Shown here: positions 1 to 12,103 of the stretch, in pieces
How the letters are laid out: each line of letters begins with the position of its first letter
How positions within the stretch are numbered: the stretch's first letter is position 1
Assembly (NCBI RefSeq): GCF_048403405.1
Contig: NZ_CP183129.1
From: Escherichia coli
Lineage (GTDB): Bacteria > Pseudomonadota > Gammaproteobacteria > Enterobacterales > Enterobacteriaceae
Strand: one strand, 5' to 3'
Length of the DNA stretch: 64,000 bases
Translations under genes and position numbers: made by a program
Notes under the pieces: model-generated
Told to the model about the DNA's origin: nothing
Databases searched by the model: none
Seen by the model: the letters and a program-made list of their open reading frames with translations, nothing else

Positions 1-8
1 GGATTGAG

Positions 9-833
9 TTATCGCATTATGCCCATGAAGCCATGTACGCCCATATACACACCAACTAAGCCAATCAACAGACTGGAAAAATAGGGGGCGCGTTTAGCGA
101 GAGTGTTAAATCCGCTCCAGCGTTTTGCGACCTGCTGAACGCTGATTGCTGCGCCAACGCCTACGGTGACAAGCGTTAACGCCAGGCCAATGCTGAAACT
201 GACGACCAGTGTTGCGCCCAGTGTCAGGGCTTTCAACTGAATGCATATCAACAGCACGGTAATTGCTGCCGGGCAGGGGATAAGGCCACCGGTTAAGCCA
301 AATAGCAAAATTTGCCAGTTGGTGACCTCTCTACCATCAAAGCGTCGTTTAATGTCATTGGCATGGGCTCGTGCATGGGCATCCTGATACTCGCCATGTT
401 CGTGATGGTGATGATGTCCATGGTCGTGGTGATCTTCGTGATCGTGGTGATGATGCTCATGATCATGCTCGTGCATATTCTCCAGCCAGTTTCGTTCGCC
501 GCGCCAGGTACGCCAGAACATCCAGAACGCGGTGCCAATAATGATCACTGCGGAAATCAACTGGAGCCACGGTTCTGCTGATTGAGCAGTAAAGCGCTTG
601 CTGATCACCATCCCGCCAAAGGCAATCAACCAGACCACTGCGGTATGCGAAATGGTTGCTGCCAGTCCGAGCATCACCGCCTGTTTAATGGTGCCTTTGA
701 TGGCGATGATAAACGCCGCCATCATCGTTTTTGAGTGCCCTGGTTCCAGGCCATGAAGCGCACCAAGTAAGATGGCGCTGGGGATGAAGAACCAGGCGTT
801 TCCTTGCTGAAGAAGAGTTGTAAATTCGGTCAT
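9..833 (-). CDS. rcnA: Ni/Co efflux permease RcnA, 274 aa, with a His-rich cytoplasmic loop
   Basis: ORF track 9..833 (-); sequence recognised as E. coli RcnA including the HEHDHEHHHHDHEDHHDHGHHHHHEH tract; divergent from rcnR. Confidence 0.9.
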   Translation of the reverse strand: MTEFTTLLQQGNAWFFIPSAILLGALHGLEPGHSKTMMAAFIIAIKGTIKQAVMLGLAATISHTAVVWLIAFGGMVISKRFTAQSAEPWLQLISAVIIIGTAFWMFWRTWRGERNWLENMHEHDHEHHHHDHEDHHDHGHHHHHEHGEYQDAHARAHANDIKRRFDGREVTNWQILLFGLTGGLIPCPAAITVLLICIQLKALTLGATLVVSFSIGLALTLVTVGVGAAISVQQVAKRWSGFNTLAKRAPYFSSLLIGLVGVYMGVHGFMGIMR

Positions 834-870
834 GATAATAATTCTTAGTATTAATTCGGCAATCTGATTC

Positions 871-905
871 TACTCCCCCCCAGTACCTGATACTACCCCC
901 CAGTA
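871..905. promoter_or_regulatory. Two RcnR operator-like sites, TACT-C7-AGTA (871..885) and TACT-A-C6-AGTA (891..905), in the rcnA-rcnR divergent promoter region
   Basis: Motifs read directly in the intergenic sequence; RcnR is known to bind TACT-G6-N-AGTA type sites. Confidence 0.6.
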
Positions 906-953
906 GATTAATAGTGCTATGATTTTTCATATTCTTATTAACCAGGTGTTGCC

Positions 954-1226
954 ATGTCTCATACCATCCGTGATAAACAGAAACTGAAAGCGCGTGCCAG
1001 TAAGATTCAGGGCCAGGTCGTGGCGCTCAAGAAAATGCTCGACGAGCCGCACGAATGCGCTGCAGTTTTACAACAGATTGCTGCTATCCGTGGCGCGGTA
1101 AACGGTCTGATGCGGGAAGTGATTAAAGGTCATCTGACGGAACACATCGTTCACCAGGGGGATGAGCTAAAACGTGAAGAAGATCTGGATGTCGTTCTGA
1201 AGGTGCTGGATTCTTATATCAAATAA
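954..1226 (+). CDS. rcnR: Ni/Co-responsive transcriptional repressor RcnR, 90 aa
   Basis: ORF track 954..1226 (+); CsoR/RcnR-family sequence; divergent from rcnA. Confidence 0.9.
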
Positions 1227-1317
1227 TTTATTAACGCGATTGTAAAACTGCGGTTTTTACTCGTTTACAACGCGTGCGCTGGACATTACCATCCTCCTCT
1301 GCGATTTATCATCGCAA

Positions 1318-1448
1318 TCAAACGACTCGGGGTGCCCTTCTGCGTGAAGGCTGAGAAATACCCGTATCACCTGATCTGGATAATGCCAGCGTAGGGAAGT
1401 CACGGACCACCAGGTCATTGCTTCTTCACGTTATGGCAGGAGCAAACT
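1318..1448 (+). promoter_or_regulatory. TPP (thi-box) riboswitch in the thiM leader
   Basis: Sequence ...CGACUCGGGGUGCCCUUCUGCGUGAAGGCUGAGAAAUACCCGUAUCACCUGAUCUGGAUAAUGCCAGCGUAGGGAAGUC... matches the E. coli thiM TPP aptamer as recalled; it ends at the thiM SD and ATG (1449). Confidence 0.85.
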
Positions 1449-2237
1449 ATGCAAGTCGACCTGCTGAGTTCCGCGCAATCTGCGCACGCGTTACATCTTT
1501 TTCACCAACATTCCCCTCTTGTGCACTGCATGACCAACGATGTGGTGCAAACCTTTACTGCCAATACCTTGCTGGCGCTCGGTGCATCCCCAGCGATGGT
1601 TATCGAAACCGAAGAGGCCAGTCAGTTTGCGGCTATCGCCAGTGCGTTGCTGATTAACGTTGGCACGCTGACGCAGCCACGCGCACAGGCGATGCGTGCC
1701 GCCATTGAACAGGCAAAACGCTCTCAAACACCCTGGACGCTTGATCCAGTAGCGGTGGGTGCACTCGATTATCGCCGCCGTTTTTGTCTGGAACTTCTGT
1801 CTCATAAGCCAACCGCCATACGTGGTAATGCTTCGGAAATCATGGCATTAGCTGGCGTTGCTAATGGTGGACGGGGAGTGGATACCACTGACGCCGCAGC
1901 TAATGCGATACCCGCTGCACAAACACTGGCACGGGAAACTGGCGCAATCGTCGTGGTCACTGGCGAGATGGATTATGTTACCGATGGACATCGTATCATT
2001 GGTATTCACGGTGGCGATCCGTTAATGACCAAAGTGGTAGGAACTGGCTGTGCATTATCGGCGGTTGTCGCTGCCTGTTGTGCGCTACCAGGCGATACGC
2101 TGGAAAATATCGCATCTGCCTGTCACTGGATGAAACAAGCCGGAGAACGCGCAGTCGCCAGTAGCGAGGGGCCAGGCAGTTTTGTTCCACATTTCCTTGA
2201 TGCGCTCTGGCAATTGACGCCGGAGGTGCAGGCATGA
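1449..2237 (+). CDS. thiM: Hydroxyethylthiazole kinase, 262 aa
   Basis: ORF track; recognised ThiM sequence; stop overlaps thiD start (ATGA). Confidence 0.9.
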   Translation: MQVDLLSSAQSAHALHLFHQHSPLVHCMTNDVVQTFTANTLLALGASPAMVIETEEASQFAAIASALLINVGTLTQPRAQAMRAAIEQAKRSQTPWTLDPVAVGALDYRRRFCLELLSHKPTAIRGNASEIMALAGVANGGRGVDTTDAAANAIPAAQTLARETGAIVVVTGEMDYVTDGHRIIGIHGGDPLMTKVVGTGCALSAVVAACCALPGDTLENIASACHWMKQAGERAVASSEGPGSFVPHFLDALWQLTPEVQA

Positions 2238-3034
2238 AACGAATTAACGCTCTGACGATTGCCGGTACTGATCCGAGTGGTGGTGCGGGGATTCAGGCCG
2301 ATCTTAAAACCTTCTCGGCACTTGGCGCTTATGGTTGCTCAGTGATTACTGCACTGGTGGCGCAAAATACCCGTGGCGTACAGTCGGTGTATCGCATTGA
2401 GCCTGATTTTGTCGCCGCCCAGCTCGATTCGGTGTTCAGCGATGTGCGAATCGACACCACTAAAATCGGTATGTTGGCGGAAACCGATATTGTTGAAGCG
2501 GTGGCAGAAAGGTTGCAACGTTATCAGATCAAAAACGTGGTACTTGATACCGTTATGCTGGCAAAAAGCGGCGACCCGCTGCTTTCACCTTCGGCGGTTG
2601 CTACGCTGCGCAGTCGATTATTGCCACAGGTTTCATTAATAACGCCAAACTTGCCCGAAGCTGCCGCCTTGCTCGACGCGCCACACGCGCGCACCGAACA
2701 GGAAATGCTGGAACAAGGGCGATCGCTGTTGGCGATGGGCTGTGGCGCAGTGCTAATGAAAGGTGGTCATCTGGATGATGAGCAAAGCCCGGACTGGCTG
2801 TTTACCCGCGAGGGTGAACAACGGTTTACCGCACCGCGCATTATGACCAAAAACACCCACGGCACTGGTTGTACACTCTCTGCGGCGTTGGCTGCACTAC
2901 GCCCGCGCCATACAAACTGGGCAGACACCGTCCAGGAGGCAAAAAGCTGGCTTTCATCGGCGTTAGCCCAGGCCGACACGCTGGAAGTTGGTCACGGTAT
3001 TGGTCCGGTTCACCACTTCCACGCGTGGTGGTGA
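2234..3034 (+). CDS. thiD: Hydroxymethylpyrimidine/phosphomethylpyrimidine kinase, 266 aa
   Basis: ORF track; recognised ThiD sequence; translationally coupled to thiM. Confidence 0.9.
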   Translation: MKRINALTIAGTDPSGGAGIQADLKTFSALGAYGCSVITALVAQNTRGVQSVYRIEPDFVAAQLDSVFSDVRIDTTKIGMLAETDIVEAVAERLQRYQIKNVVLDTVMLAKSGDPLLSPSAVATLRSRLLPQVSLITPNLPEAAALLDAPHARTEQEMLEQGRSLLAMGCGAVLMKGGHLDDEQSPDWLFTREGEQRFTAPRIMTKNTHGTGCTLSAALAALRPRHTNWADTVQEAKSWLSSALAQADTLEVGHGIGPVHHFHAWW

Positions 3035-3098
3035 GCACCTTACTATAGCTGCTTTGGTTATTGTCAGTATTTGGCGCTGACATTCAGGGATGAAACCA

Positions 3099-3917
3099 AT
3101 GCAGCTGAGAATCATCAGTCGAAAAAAATTCACCGCTTTATTATGCGCTCTTGGGCTAATTTCCATCGTTGCAATTTATCCGCGTCAGACGGTGAATTTT
3201 TTCTACTCGACAGCAATTCAGATTAAAGACTACATCCACTTCTACGGTTATCGCCCGGTTAAATCTTTCGCTATTCGCATTCCTGCCAGTTACACCATTC
3301 ATGGTATTGATGTTTCACGCTGGCAGGAGCGAATCGACTGGCAGCGGGTGGCAAAAATGCGCGACAACGGTATTCTCTTGCAGTTTGCCTTTATCAAGGC
3401 GACGGAAGGCGAAAAGCTGGTGGACCCCTATTTTTCGCGTAACTGGCAACTAAGCCGCGAAAATGGCCTGCTGCGCGGGGCGTATCATTATTTCTCCCCG
3501 TCGGTATCCGCTTCAGTTCAGGCGCGATTATTTCTGCAAACGGTGGATTTTGCCCACGGCGATCTCCCTGCCGTGCTGGACGTAGAAGAACGGGGAAAAT
3601 TATCGGCAAAAGAATTACGCAAGCGGGTAAGTCAGTGGCTAAAAATGGTCGAAAAACGCACGGGAAAAAAGCCAATTATTTACTCAGGAGCCGTTTTTTA
3701 TCACACGAATCTGGCGGGCTATTTTAATGAATATCCGTGGTGGGTGGCTCACTATTATCAACGTCGCCCGGACAATGACGGCATGGCCTGGCGCTTCTGG
3801 CAGCATTCCGACCGTGGACAGGTAGATGGCATTAATGGTCCGGTGGATTTTAATGTGTTTAATGGCACGGTGGAGGAGTTGCAGGCATTCGTTGATGGGA
3901 TTAAAGAAACGCCTTAA
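3099..3917 (+). CDS. yegX: GH25-family lysozyme-like muramidase with N-terminal hydrophobic anchor
   Basis: ORF 3090..3917; matches E. coli YegX as recalled; start placed at the second Met (MQLRII) to give 272 aa, start uncertain. Confidence 0.75.
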   Translation: MQLRIISRKKFTALLCALGLISIVAIYPRQTVNFFYSTAIQIKDYIHFYGYRPVKSFAIRIPASYTIHGIDVSRWQERIDWQRVAKMRDNGILLQFAFIKATEGEKLVDPYFSRNWQLSRENGLLRGAYHYFSPSVSASVQARLFLQTVDFAHGDLPAVLDVEERGKLSAKELRKRVSQWLKMVEKRTGKKPIIYSGAVFYHTNLAGYFNEYPWWVAHYYQRRPDNDGMAWRFWQHSDRGQVDGINGPVDFNVFNGTVEELQAFVDGIKETP

Positions 3918-3968
3918 ATAAGAAGCAGTGATATACTCCCACCAGATTCCCCGGCAGGAAAAAGACAA

Positions 3969-4715
3969 ATGGAACAAGCGCATACCCAGCTGATTGCCCA
4001 ACTGAACGAACGTATTTTAGCGGCGGATAACACGCCGCTTTATATTAAGTTTGCCGAAACGGTAAAAAATGCCGTGCGCAGCGGGGTGCTGGAGCATGGC
4101 AATATTTTACCCGGTGAGCGTGATTTAAGTCAGTTAACCGGCGTTTCGCGCATTACGGTGCGCAAGGCGATGCAGGCGCTGGAAGAAGAGGGCGTGGTGA
4201 CGCGTTCGCGTGGTTACGGTACGCAGATCAACAACATCTTCGAATACTCGTTGAAAGAAGCGCGAGGTTTTTCTCAGCAGGTGGTATTGCGCGGGAAAAA
4301 GCCCGATACGCTATGGGTTAACAAGCGTGTCGTGAAATGTCCCGAAGAAGTCGCGCAGCAGCTGGCGGTCGAAGCAGGAAGTGATGTCTTTTTGCTTAAG
4401 CGTATTCGCTATGTCGATGAAGAAGCGGTATCGATTGAGGAATCGTGGGTTCCGGCGCATTTAATTCATGATGTTGATGCCATCGGAATTTCTCTTTATG
4501 ACTACTTCCGCAGCCAGCACATTTACCCACAACGTACGCGTTCCCGCGTTAGCGCCCGGATGCCGGATGCCGAGTTTCAGTCACATATTCAGTTAGATAG
4601 CAAAATACCGGTGCTGGTGATCAAGCAAGTGGCGCTTGACCAACAGCAACGGCCTATTGAGTACAGCATCAGCCACTGTCGCAGCGATCTATACGTTTTT
4701 GTGTGCGAGGAGTAG
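3969..4715 (+). CDS. yegW: GntR/HutC-family transcriptional regulator, 248 aa
   Basis: ORF track; N-terminal HTH and C-terminal UTRA-like region; matches YegW as recalled; 3' end overlaps convergent yegV. Confidence 0.8.
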   Translation: MEQAHTQLIAQLNERILAADNTPLYIKFAETVKNAVRSGVLEHGNILPGERDLSQLTGVSRITVRKAMQALEEEGVVTRSRGYGTQINNIFEYSLKEARGFSQQVVLRGKKPDTLWVNKRVVKCPEEVAQQLAVEAGSDVFLLKRIRYVDEEAVSIEESWVPAHLIHDVDAIGISLYDYFRSQHIYPQRTRSRVSARMPDAEFQSHIQLDSKIPVLVIKQVALDQQQRPIEYSISHCRSDLYVFVCEE

Positions 4716-5654
4716 TTCCTCGCGCGTTGGCGCACAATCACCGCCCCGATGCCCGACAACCCACGACGCCACTGCATTGCCCAGTAATACGGCATCCGCC
4801 AGTGGCAGACCAGAGGCCAGCCCGGCAAGTACGCCACCTGCATGACTGTCGCCCGCCCCAATGGTGTCTACAACTTGCGTTGGAAATGCCGGAATGCAGC
4901 CAGAAGCGTCGTTGCTGAAATACCATGCGCCCTCTTTATCGAGACGAATGATCAACGGCGCGGCAAATTTCTCCTGCCATTGCTTGCCAAGTGTTGTTAT
5001 CTCTGCGGATAAAGCAAAACGTTCGGCGGCAATCTCAGCCTCCTGACGATTGAGTGACACTAAAGGTCGACAGGCCATGATCCGCGCCAGTAATGCGTCC
5101 GGGATATCGCCAATACGTGGGCCAAAATCGATAAACGGCGTCACGTCTTGCAGCTTTTCCAGCCATTCCACTAACAATTCGCCGCAGGGCGAGGCCAGTT
5201 GATAACCGGAAAAATAGAGCAGGCTGCCAGGTGCAACGGTTAATCGCGCCAACCATTGGCGATTCCACTGATTTTCCACACCGCTGAACGACATAAACGT
5301 GCGTTCACCATCCGGCTCAACCAGCGCCAGACACCAGCCGTTATCGCCTTCGGCGTTATCGATCAGGCTGATTAAGCCCTCTTTTGCCATCCGGTTGCGA
5401 ATAATCTCCGCCCACACGCCCTGACCGAGCGGCAAGGCATTACCCGCTTCGATGCCGAGGCGCTTTAACGCCACGACAATATTCAGTGCGCAGCCGCCAA
5501 CGTTAACGCTCTGCTGTTTCAGTTCGATATCGCACCCACGCCAGGGGAGGGCATAAGCGTCGGCGATCACATCAATGACCGCCGCGCCGACGACCATCAC
5601 CGACTGACGCGTGGTTAATTCAGGCAGCAGCGTGTGTAATCGAGCGCCGCTCAT
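4689..5654 (-). CDS. yegV: PfkB-family carbohydrate/nucleoside kinase, 321 aa
   Basis: ORF track; ribokinase-like motifs (DTIGAGD near C-terminus); matches YegV as recalled. Confidence 0.8.
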   Translation of the reverse strand: MSGARLHTLLPELTTRQSVMVVGAAVIDVIADAYALPWRGCDIELKQQSVNVGGCALNIVVALKRLGIEAGNALPLGQGVWAEIIRNRMAKEGLISLIDNAEGDNGWCLALVEPDGERTFMSFSGVENQWNRQWLARLTVAPGSLLYFSGYQLASPCGELLVEWLEKLQDVTPFIDFGPRIGDIPDALLARIMACRPLVSLNRQEAEIAAERFALSAEITTLGKQWQEKFAAPLIIRLDKEGAWYFSNDASGCIPAFPTQVVDTIGAGDSHAGGVLAGLASGLPLADAVLLGNAVASWVVGHRGGDCAPTREELLLAHKNV

Positions 5655-6655
5655 ACCGCCTCCCGTTGTTGACGATATTTCGCCAGCGCTGTGGCATAGC
5701 GGTTGAAATCAAGCTGATTTACCGCATCCAGTTCCGCCTTTAACGCAGGATCGATAGCGTTAACGCCATGCAACGCGCCACAAATTGCTGTCGCCATAGC
5801 ACCGATGGTGTCTGTGTCGCCGCCAAGGTTAGCGCACAGGACGGCGCAACGGTTCGGGGCGGTTTGTGCCAGTTCAACCAGCGCAATGGCGCACGGAACG
5901 GACTCAATAGTGCTGGTACCTGCGCCAACGACCTGGTAAAGCTGTTCGCTGGCGGATTCGGTGCCGTCGGCATTGCGCACAATTTTCAGCGCAATCTCCA
6001 GACGTGCTGCCAGTGAGGCGCTGAAGGTAGTGATGCGTTTTTGTTGAGCATGTCGCGCAATTGAAGGCAGTGAATCAACAATTGCTGACCAGCTTTCTCC
6101 GTCAATGGCACGAGAAATCGCCCATGCGATGACTACCGCCCCCGCAACCGCCAGATCGGATTTATGTGTCGGGCTGGAGGCCAGCGCCACATCATCAATA
6201 AAGGAATCAACATCACGCGCCGGAAGCAAACAACCTAATGGCGAGACGCGCATCGCTGCGCCGTTGGTCACGCCGTTATTTTCCAGTTCAGCAACGGGTT
6301 TACCGTCGCGAATGGCGTTAAGCGCAATCTTCGAGGTCGGACCTAGTACGTTTTTGTTAAAGGCGTCGAAACGCAGCGCCCAGTCGAGAATATTACGCCC
6401 AATCAGATCCGGATCGATCTTGCCTTCACGTTCCAGTAACGCATCTGCCAGACACAGCGCCATCGAGGTATCGTCGGTGAATTCGGCGCGGTTAAAATAA
6501 CAGGCTGCGTTATTCTCCTTTGGTCCAGGCAGAAAACGATCAATCCAGCCAAAGTGTGCTTTAACGCGGCTGCGTGGCCAAAGCTCGGAGGGCATCCCCA
6601 TCGCATCCCCTAACGCCTGCCCATAAAGAGCACCGAGAATACGTTCTGTTTTCAT
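5651..6655 (-). CDS. yegU: ADP-ribosylglycohydrolase-family protein, 334 aa
   Basis: ORF track; matches YegU as recalled; stop/start overlaps with yegV and yegT. Confidence 0.8.
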   Translation of the reverse strand: MKTERILGALYGQALGDAMGMPSELWPRSRVKAHFGWIDRFLPGPKENNAACYFNRAEFTDDTSMALCLADALLEREGKIDPDLIGRNILDWALRFDAFNKNVLGPTSKIALNAIRDGKPVAELENNGVTNGAAMRVSPLGCLLPARDVDSFIDDVALASSPTHKSDLAVAGAVVIAWAISRAIDGESWSAIVDSLPSIARHAQQKRITTFSASLAARLEIALKIVRNADGTESASEQLYQVVGAGTSTIESVPCAIALVELAQTAPNRCAVLCANLGGDTDTIGAMATAICGALHGVNAIDPALKAELDAVNQLDFNRYATALAKYRQQREAV

Positions 6656-7929
6656 TTAACTTCCCCTTGTGTCAACGCAATATCGCGATCATCGACCTTG
6701 ATAGCCGTAATTTCGTTGTCGGATTCGCGGAAAAAAATCATGAACAGCACGGCGATAATGGCAATCATCACCGCGCCAAAAGTCCACATCCCGGACCAGT
6801 TGAAAGTCAGTCCGTTTACCGGTTCCTGATAAGCGAACATCTTTTCCATCATCACACCGCCAAGACGATAGCCGAGCAAACTGCCGAAGCCCTGGCAGCA
6901 GAGCGTGATCAGCCCCTGCGCAGCGGTACGCATATGCACGGGGGCTTTTTTATCGACATAGATGTAAGCGGTAACGTAGTAAAAATCGTAACTTACTCCA
7001 TGCAGCAAAATGCCGAGGAACAGTAACGCGTAGGTGAAATATTCATCCGCACTACCGTAAATAAAGAAGCCATAGCGGATCGCAGCGGTGACCAGACCAA
7101 GTAATAATACCTTTTTGATACCAAAGCGTTTGGTAAAAAACGGCAATGCCAGCATAAAGAAGATTTCAGAAAACTGGCCGAGCGTCATCCAGCCAGTGGC
7201 GTTTTTCATACCGACTTCGGTCAGATAACCGTTGGCAAAGATGTAATAGAACGCCAGTGGCATCGCAAACAGGAATGAACAGAAGAAAAAGACGAGGAAG
7301 TTTTTATCGCGCAGCAGGATCAGCGCATCCAGGCCGAGCATGACTTTAATGTCCATTTTGCCGGTGCTTTTTGGCGGCGTGTCGGGCAGGAAAAACGCAA
7401 ACACACCGAGCAGAGCAGAACTTCCGGCGGTAATCAGCAGCGGGATGTTAGTCGGAGAGATATCGGCATAACCCAGCATTTGCGGCAAAAATCCACATGC
7501 CAGACCGGAGGCAATCCAGCCGATAGTGCCCATCACACGAATGCGTGGGAAATCACGCTCCACATCCGGCACGTTGGCAAAAGCGATACTGTTAGTCAGC
7601 GCAATGGTCGGCATATAGGTTAGCGAGTAGGCCAGCAGTAACGGGAAGAACCCGGCAAAAGTGGTCTGTTGCGCAGCGAAATACATCAGCGCCGCACCAG
7701 CGAACATCAATACCGCCAGCACTTTCTGCGCCGAGAAAAAGCGGTCAGTGATGGAGCCAACCAGAATTGGCGACAGGATCGCCGCAATGGCGGTACAGGC
7801 ATACGACCAGCCAATTTCTCCGGCACTAAAACCGCTTTTACTTAACCACAACCACAATGGCACAAACCACGCGCCCCAGATAAACCATTCAACAAACATC
7901 ATGAACGACAGCTTTGCTGTTGTTTTCAT
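6652..7929 (-). CDS. yegT: MFS nucleoside:H+ symporter-family transporter, 425 aa
   Basis: ORF track; polytopic membrane protein; matches YegT as recalled. Confidence 0.8.
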   Translation of the reverse strand: MKTTAKLSFMMFVEWFIWGAWFVPLWLWLSKSGFSAGEIGWSYACTAIAAILSPILVGSITDRFFSAQKVLAVLMFAGAALMYFAAQQTTFAGFFPLLLAYSLTYMPTIALTNSIAFANVPDVERDFPRIRVMGTIGWIASGLACGFLPQMLGYADISPTNIPLLITAGSSALLGVFAFFLPDTPPKSTGKMDIKVMLGLDALILLRDKNFLVFFFCSFLFAMPLAFYYIFANGYLTEVGMKNATGWMTLGQFSEIFFMLALPFFTKRFGIKKVLLLGLVTAAIRYGFFIYGSADEYFTYALLFLGILLHGVSYDFYYVTAYIYVDKKAPVHMRTAAQGLITLCCQGFGSLLGYRLGGVMMEKMFAYQEPVNGLTFNWSGMWTFGAVMIAIIAVLFMIFFRESDNEITAIKVDDRDIALTQGEVK

Positions 7930-8185
7930 CTTTTAATTCCTTCATGACAGGTAATGTAAGGTACGCGATGACAATACCATTTAATGATACCTTTTAAATA
8001 CCTTTGCGGTGAAAACTTGACCGCGGTAACATTTTTTCTGATGAATCGAGCCAACAGAAAACGCTGAAAAAACATCCAAAAGATGGAAAAACTCGCCTGT
8101 AAAGACCAGGATTATGATTGCCCGCAAAAGGTGGGCCAGGACAATCCATAGCCGATATCCAATCGGAATTTACGGGAGCATAGTA

Positions 8186-9238
8186 ATGACAGATATTGCG
8201 CAGTTGCTTGGCAAAGACGCCGACAACCTTTTACAGCACCGTTGTATGACTATTCCTTCTGACCAGCTTTATCTCCCCGGACATGACTACGTAGACCGCG
8301 TGATGATTGACAATAATCGCCCGCCAGCGGTGTTACGTAATATGCAGACGTTATACAACACCGGGCGTCTGGCTGGCACAGGATATCTTTCTATTCTGCC
8401 GGTTGACCAGGGCGTTGAGCACTCTGCCGGAGCTTCATTTGCCGCTAACCCGCTCTACTTTGACCCGAAAAACATTGTTGAACTGGCGATCGAAGCGGGC
8501 TGTAACTGTGTGGCGTCAACTTACGGCGTGCTGGCGTCGGTATCGCGGCGTTACGCGCATCGCATTCCATTCCTCGTCAAACTTAATCACAACGAGACGC
8601 TAAGTTACCCGAATACCTACGATCAAACGCTGTATGCCAGCGTGGAGCAGGCCTTCAACATGGGCGCGGTGGCGGTTGGTGCGACTATCTATTTTGGTTC
8701 GGAAGAGTCACGTCGCCAGATTGAAGAAATTTCTGCGGCTTTTGAACGTGCGCACGAGCTGGGCATGGTGACTGTGCTGTGGGCCTATTTGCGTAACTCC
8801 GCCTTTAAGAAAGATGGCGTTGATTACCATGTTTCCGCCGACCTGACTGGTCAGGCGAACCATCTTGCGGCAACCATAGGTGCAGATATCGTCAAACAAA
8901 AAATGGCGGAAAATAACGGCGGCTATAAAGCAATTAATTACGGTTATACCGACGATCGCGTGTACAGCAAGTTAACCAGCGAAAACCCGATTGATCTGGT
9001 GCGTTATCAGTTAGCTAACTGCTATATGGGCCGGGCTGGGTTGATAAACTCCGGCGGTGCTGCAGGCGGTGAAACTGACCTCAGCGATGCAGTGCGTACT
9101 GCGGTTATCAACAAACGCGCTGGCGGAATGGGGCTGATTCTTGGACGTAAGGCGTTCAAGAAATCGATGGCTGACGGCGTGAAACTGATTAACGCCGTGC
9201 AGGACGTTTATCTCGATAGCAAAATTACTATCGCCTGA
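8186..9238 (+). CDS. fbaB: Class I fructose-bisphosphate aldolase, 350 aa
   Basis: ORF 8114..9238; start moved to [10 protein letters not shown] to match the FbaB N-terminus as recalled. Confidence 0.85.
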
Positions 9239-9276
9239 TACGCCTTATACGAACAGCACTACCCCGTATGACGGAA

Positions 9277-9302
9277 AAGGCGTTTACGTCGCATCCGGCA
9301 TA
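9277..9302. repeat. REP-like palindromic element
   Basis: aggcgtttacgtcgcatccggcat resembles the E. coli REP consensus. Confidence 0.5.
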
Positions 9303-9323
9303 AAAACACGCGCACTTTGCTAC

Positions 9324-9352
9324 GGCTTCCCTATCGGGAGGCCGTTTTTTTG
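9324..9352 (+). terminator. Rho-independent terminator downstream of fbaB
   Basis: Imperfect stem cggcttccc/gggaggccg with 4-nt loop followed by T7. Confidence 0.65.
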
Positions 9353-9411
9353 CCTGTCATTCTGATTAATTTTCGAATTGTCGTTTTTGTGATCATTATC
9401 TCGACATTTGA

Positions 9412-11611
<2,200 letters not shown>

Positions 11612-11620
11612 GGACGGTAT

Positions 11621-12073
11621 ATGACTAACCTGTTTGTTCGTAGCGGAATTTCTTTTGTCGATCGTAGCGAAGTTTTAACCCATATCGGTAATGAGATGCT
11701 CGCGAAAGGTGTGGTTCATGATACCTGGCCACAGGCATTAATTGCCAGAGAAGCAGAATTCCCTACCGGGATAATGCTTGAGCAGCACGCCATTGCAATA
11801 CCGCATTGTGAGGCGATTCATGCTAAGTCGTCAGCCATTTATCTGTTAAGGCCAACAAATAAAGTTCATTTTCAGCAAGCGGATGATGATAACGACGTGG
11901 CGGTATCGTTGGTTATTGCGTTAATTGTGGAAAATCCGCAGCAGCAATTGAAACTTTTACGCTGTTTATTTGGCAAGTTACAACAGCCCGATATCGTCGA
12001 GACACTAATCACTCTTCCTGAAACCCAGTTAAAGGAATACTTCACAAAGTATGTTTTAGATTCAGACGAATAA
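11621..12073 (+). CDS. gatA: Galactitol PTS EIIA component, 150 aa
   Basis: ORF track; position and size in the gat operon. Confidence 0.85.
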   Translation: MTNLFVRSGISFVDRSEVLTHIGNEMLAKGVVHDTWPQALIAREAEFPTGIMLEQHAIAIPHCEAIHAKSSAIYLLRPTNKVHFQQADDDNDVAVSLVIALIVENPQQQLKLLRCLFGKLQQPDIVETLITLPETQLKEYFTKYVLDSDE

Positions 12074-12103
12074 ATCCCTCTGTAACAATAAAAAGGACTA
12101 TTT

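Noticed and set aside
293-581. Two ORFs (81 aa and 89 aa) overlapping the rcnA His-tract
   Set aside because: Artefacts of the repetitive His-codon tract; they translate to low-complexity peptides
3063-3083. Hairpin tgtcag-9 nt-ctgaca after thiD as a terminator
   Set aside because: No T-run follows and it sits only a few bp before the yegX start; more likely incidental or part of the yegX 5' region
8114-8185. N-terminal extension of fbaB (MIARKRW…)
   Set aside because: The in-frame upstream start adds 24 residues not present in the FbaB N-terminus as recalled; the downstream Met is preferred. Similar upstream extensions were trimmed for udk (41295), mdtA (30906), yegH (46942), wzc (49090), wcaD (53813), cpsG (61748), yegP (19636), yegR (17050) and yegD (36757)
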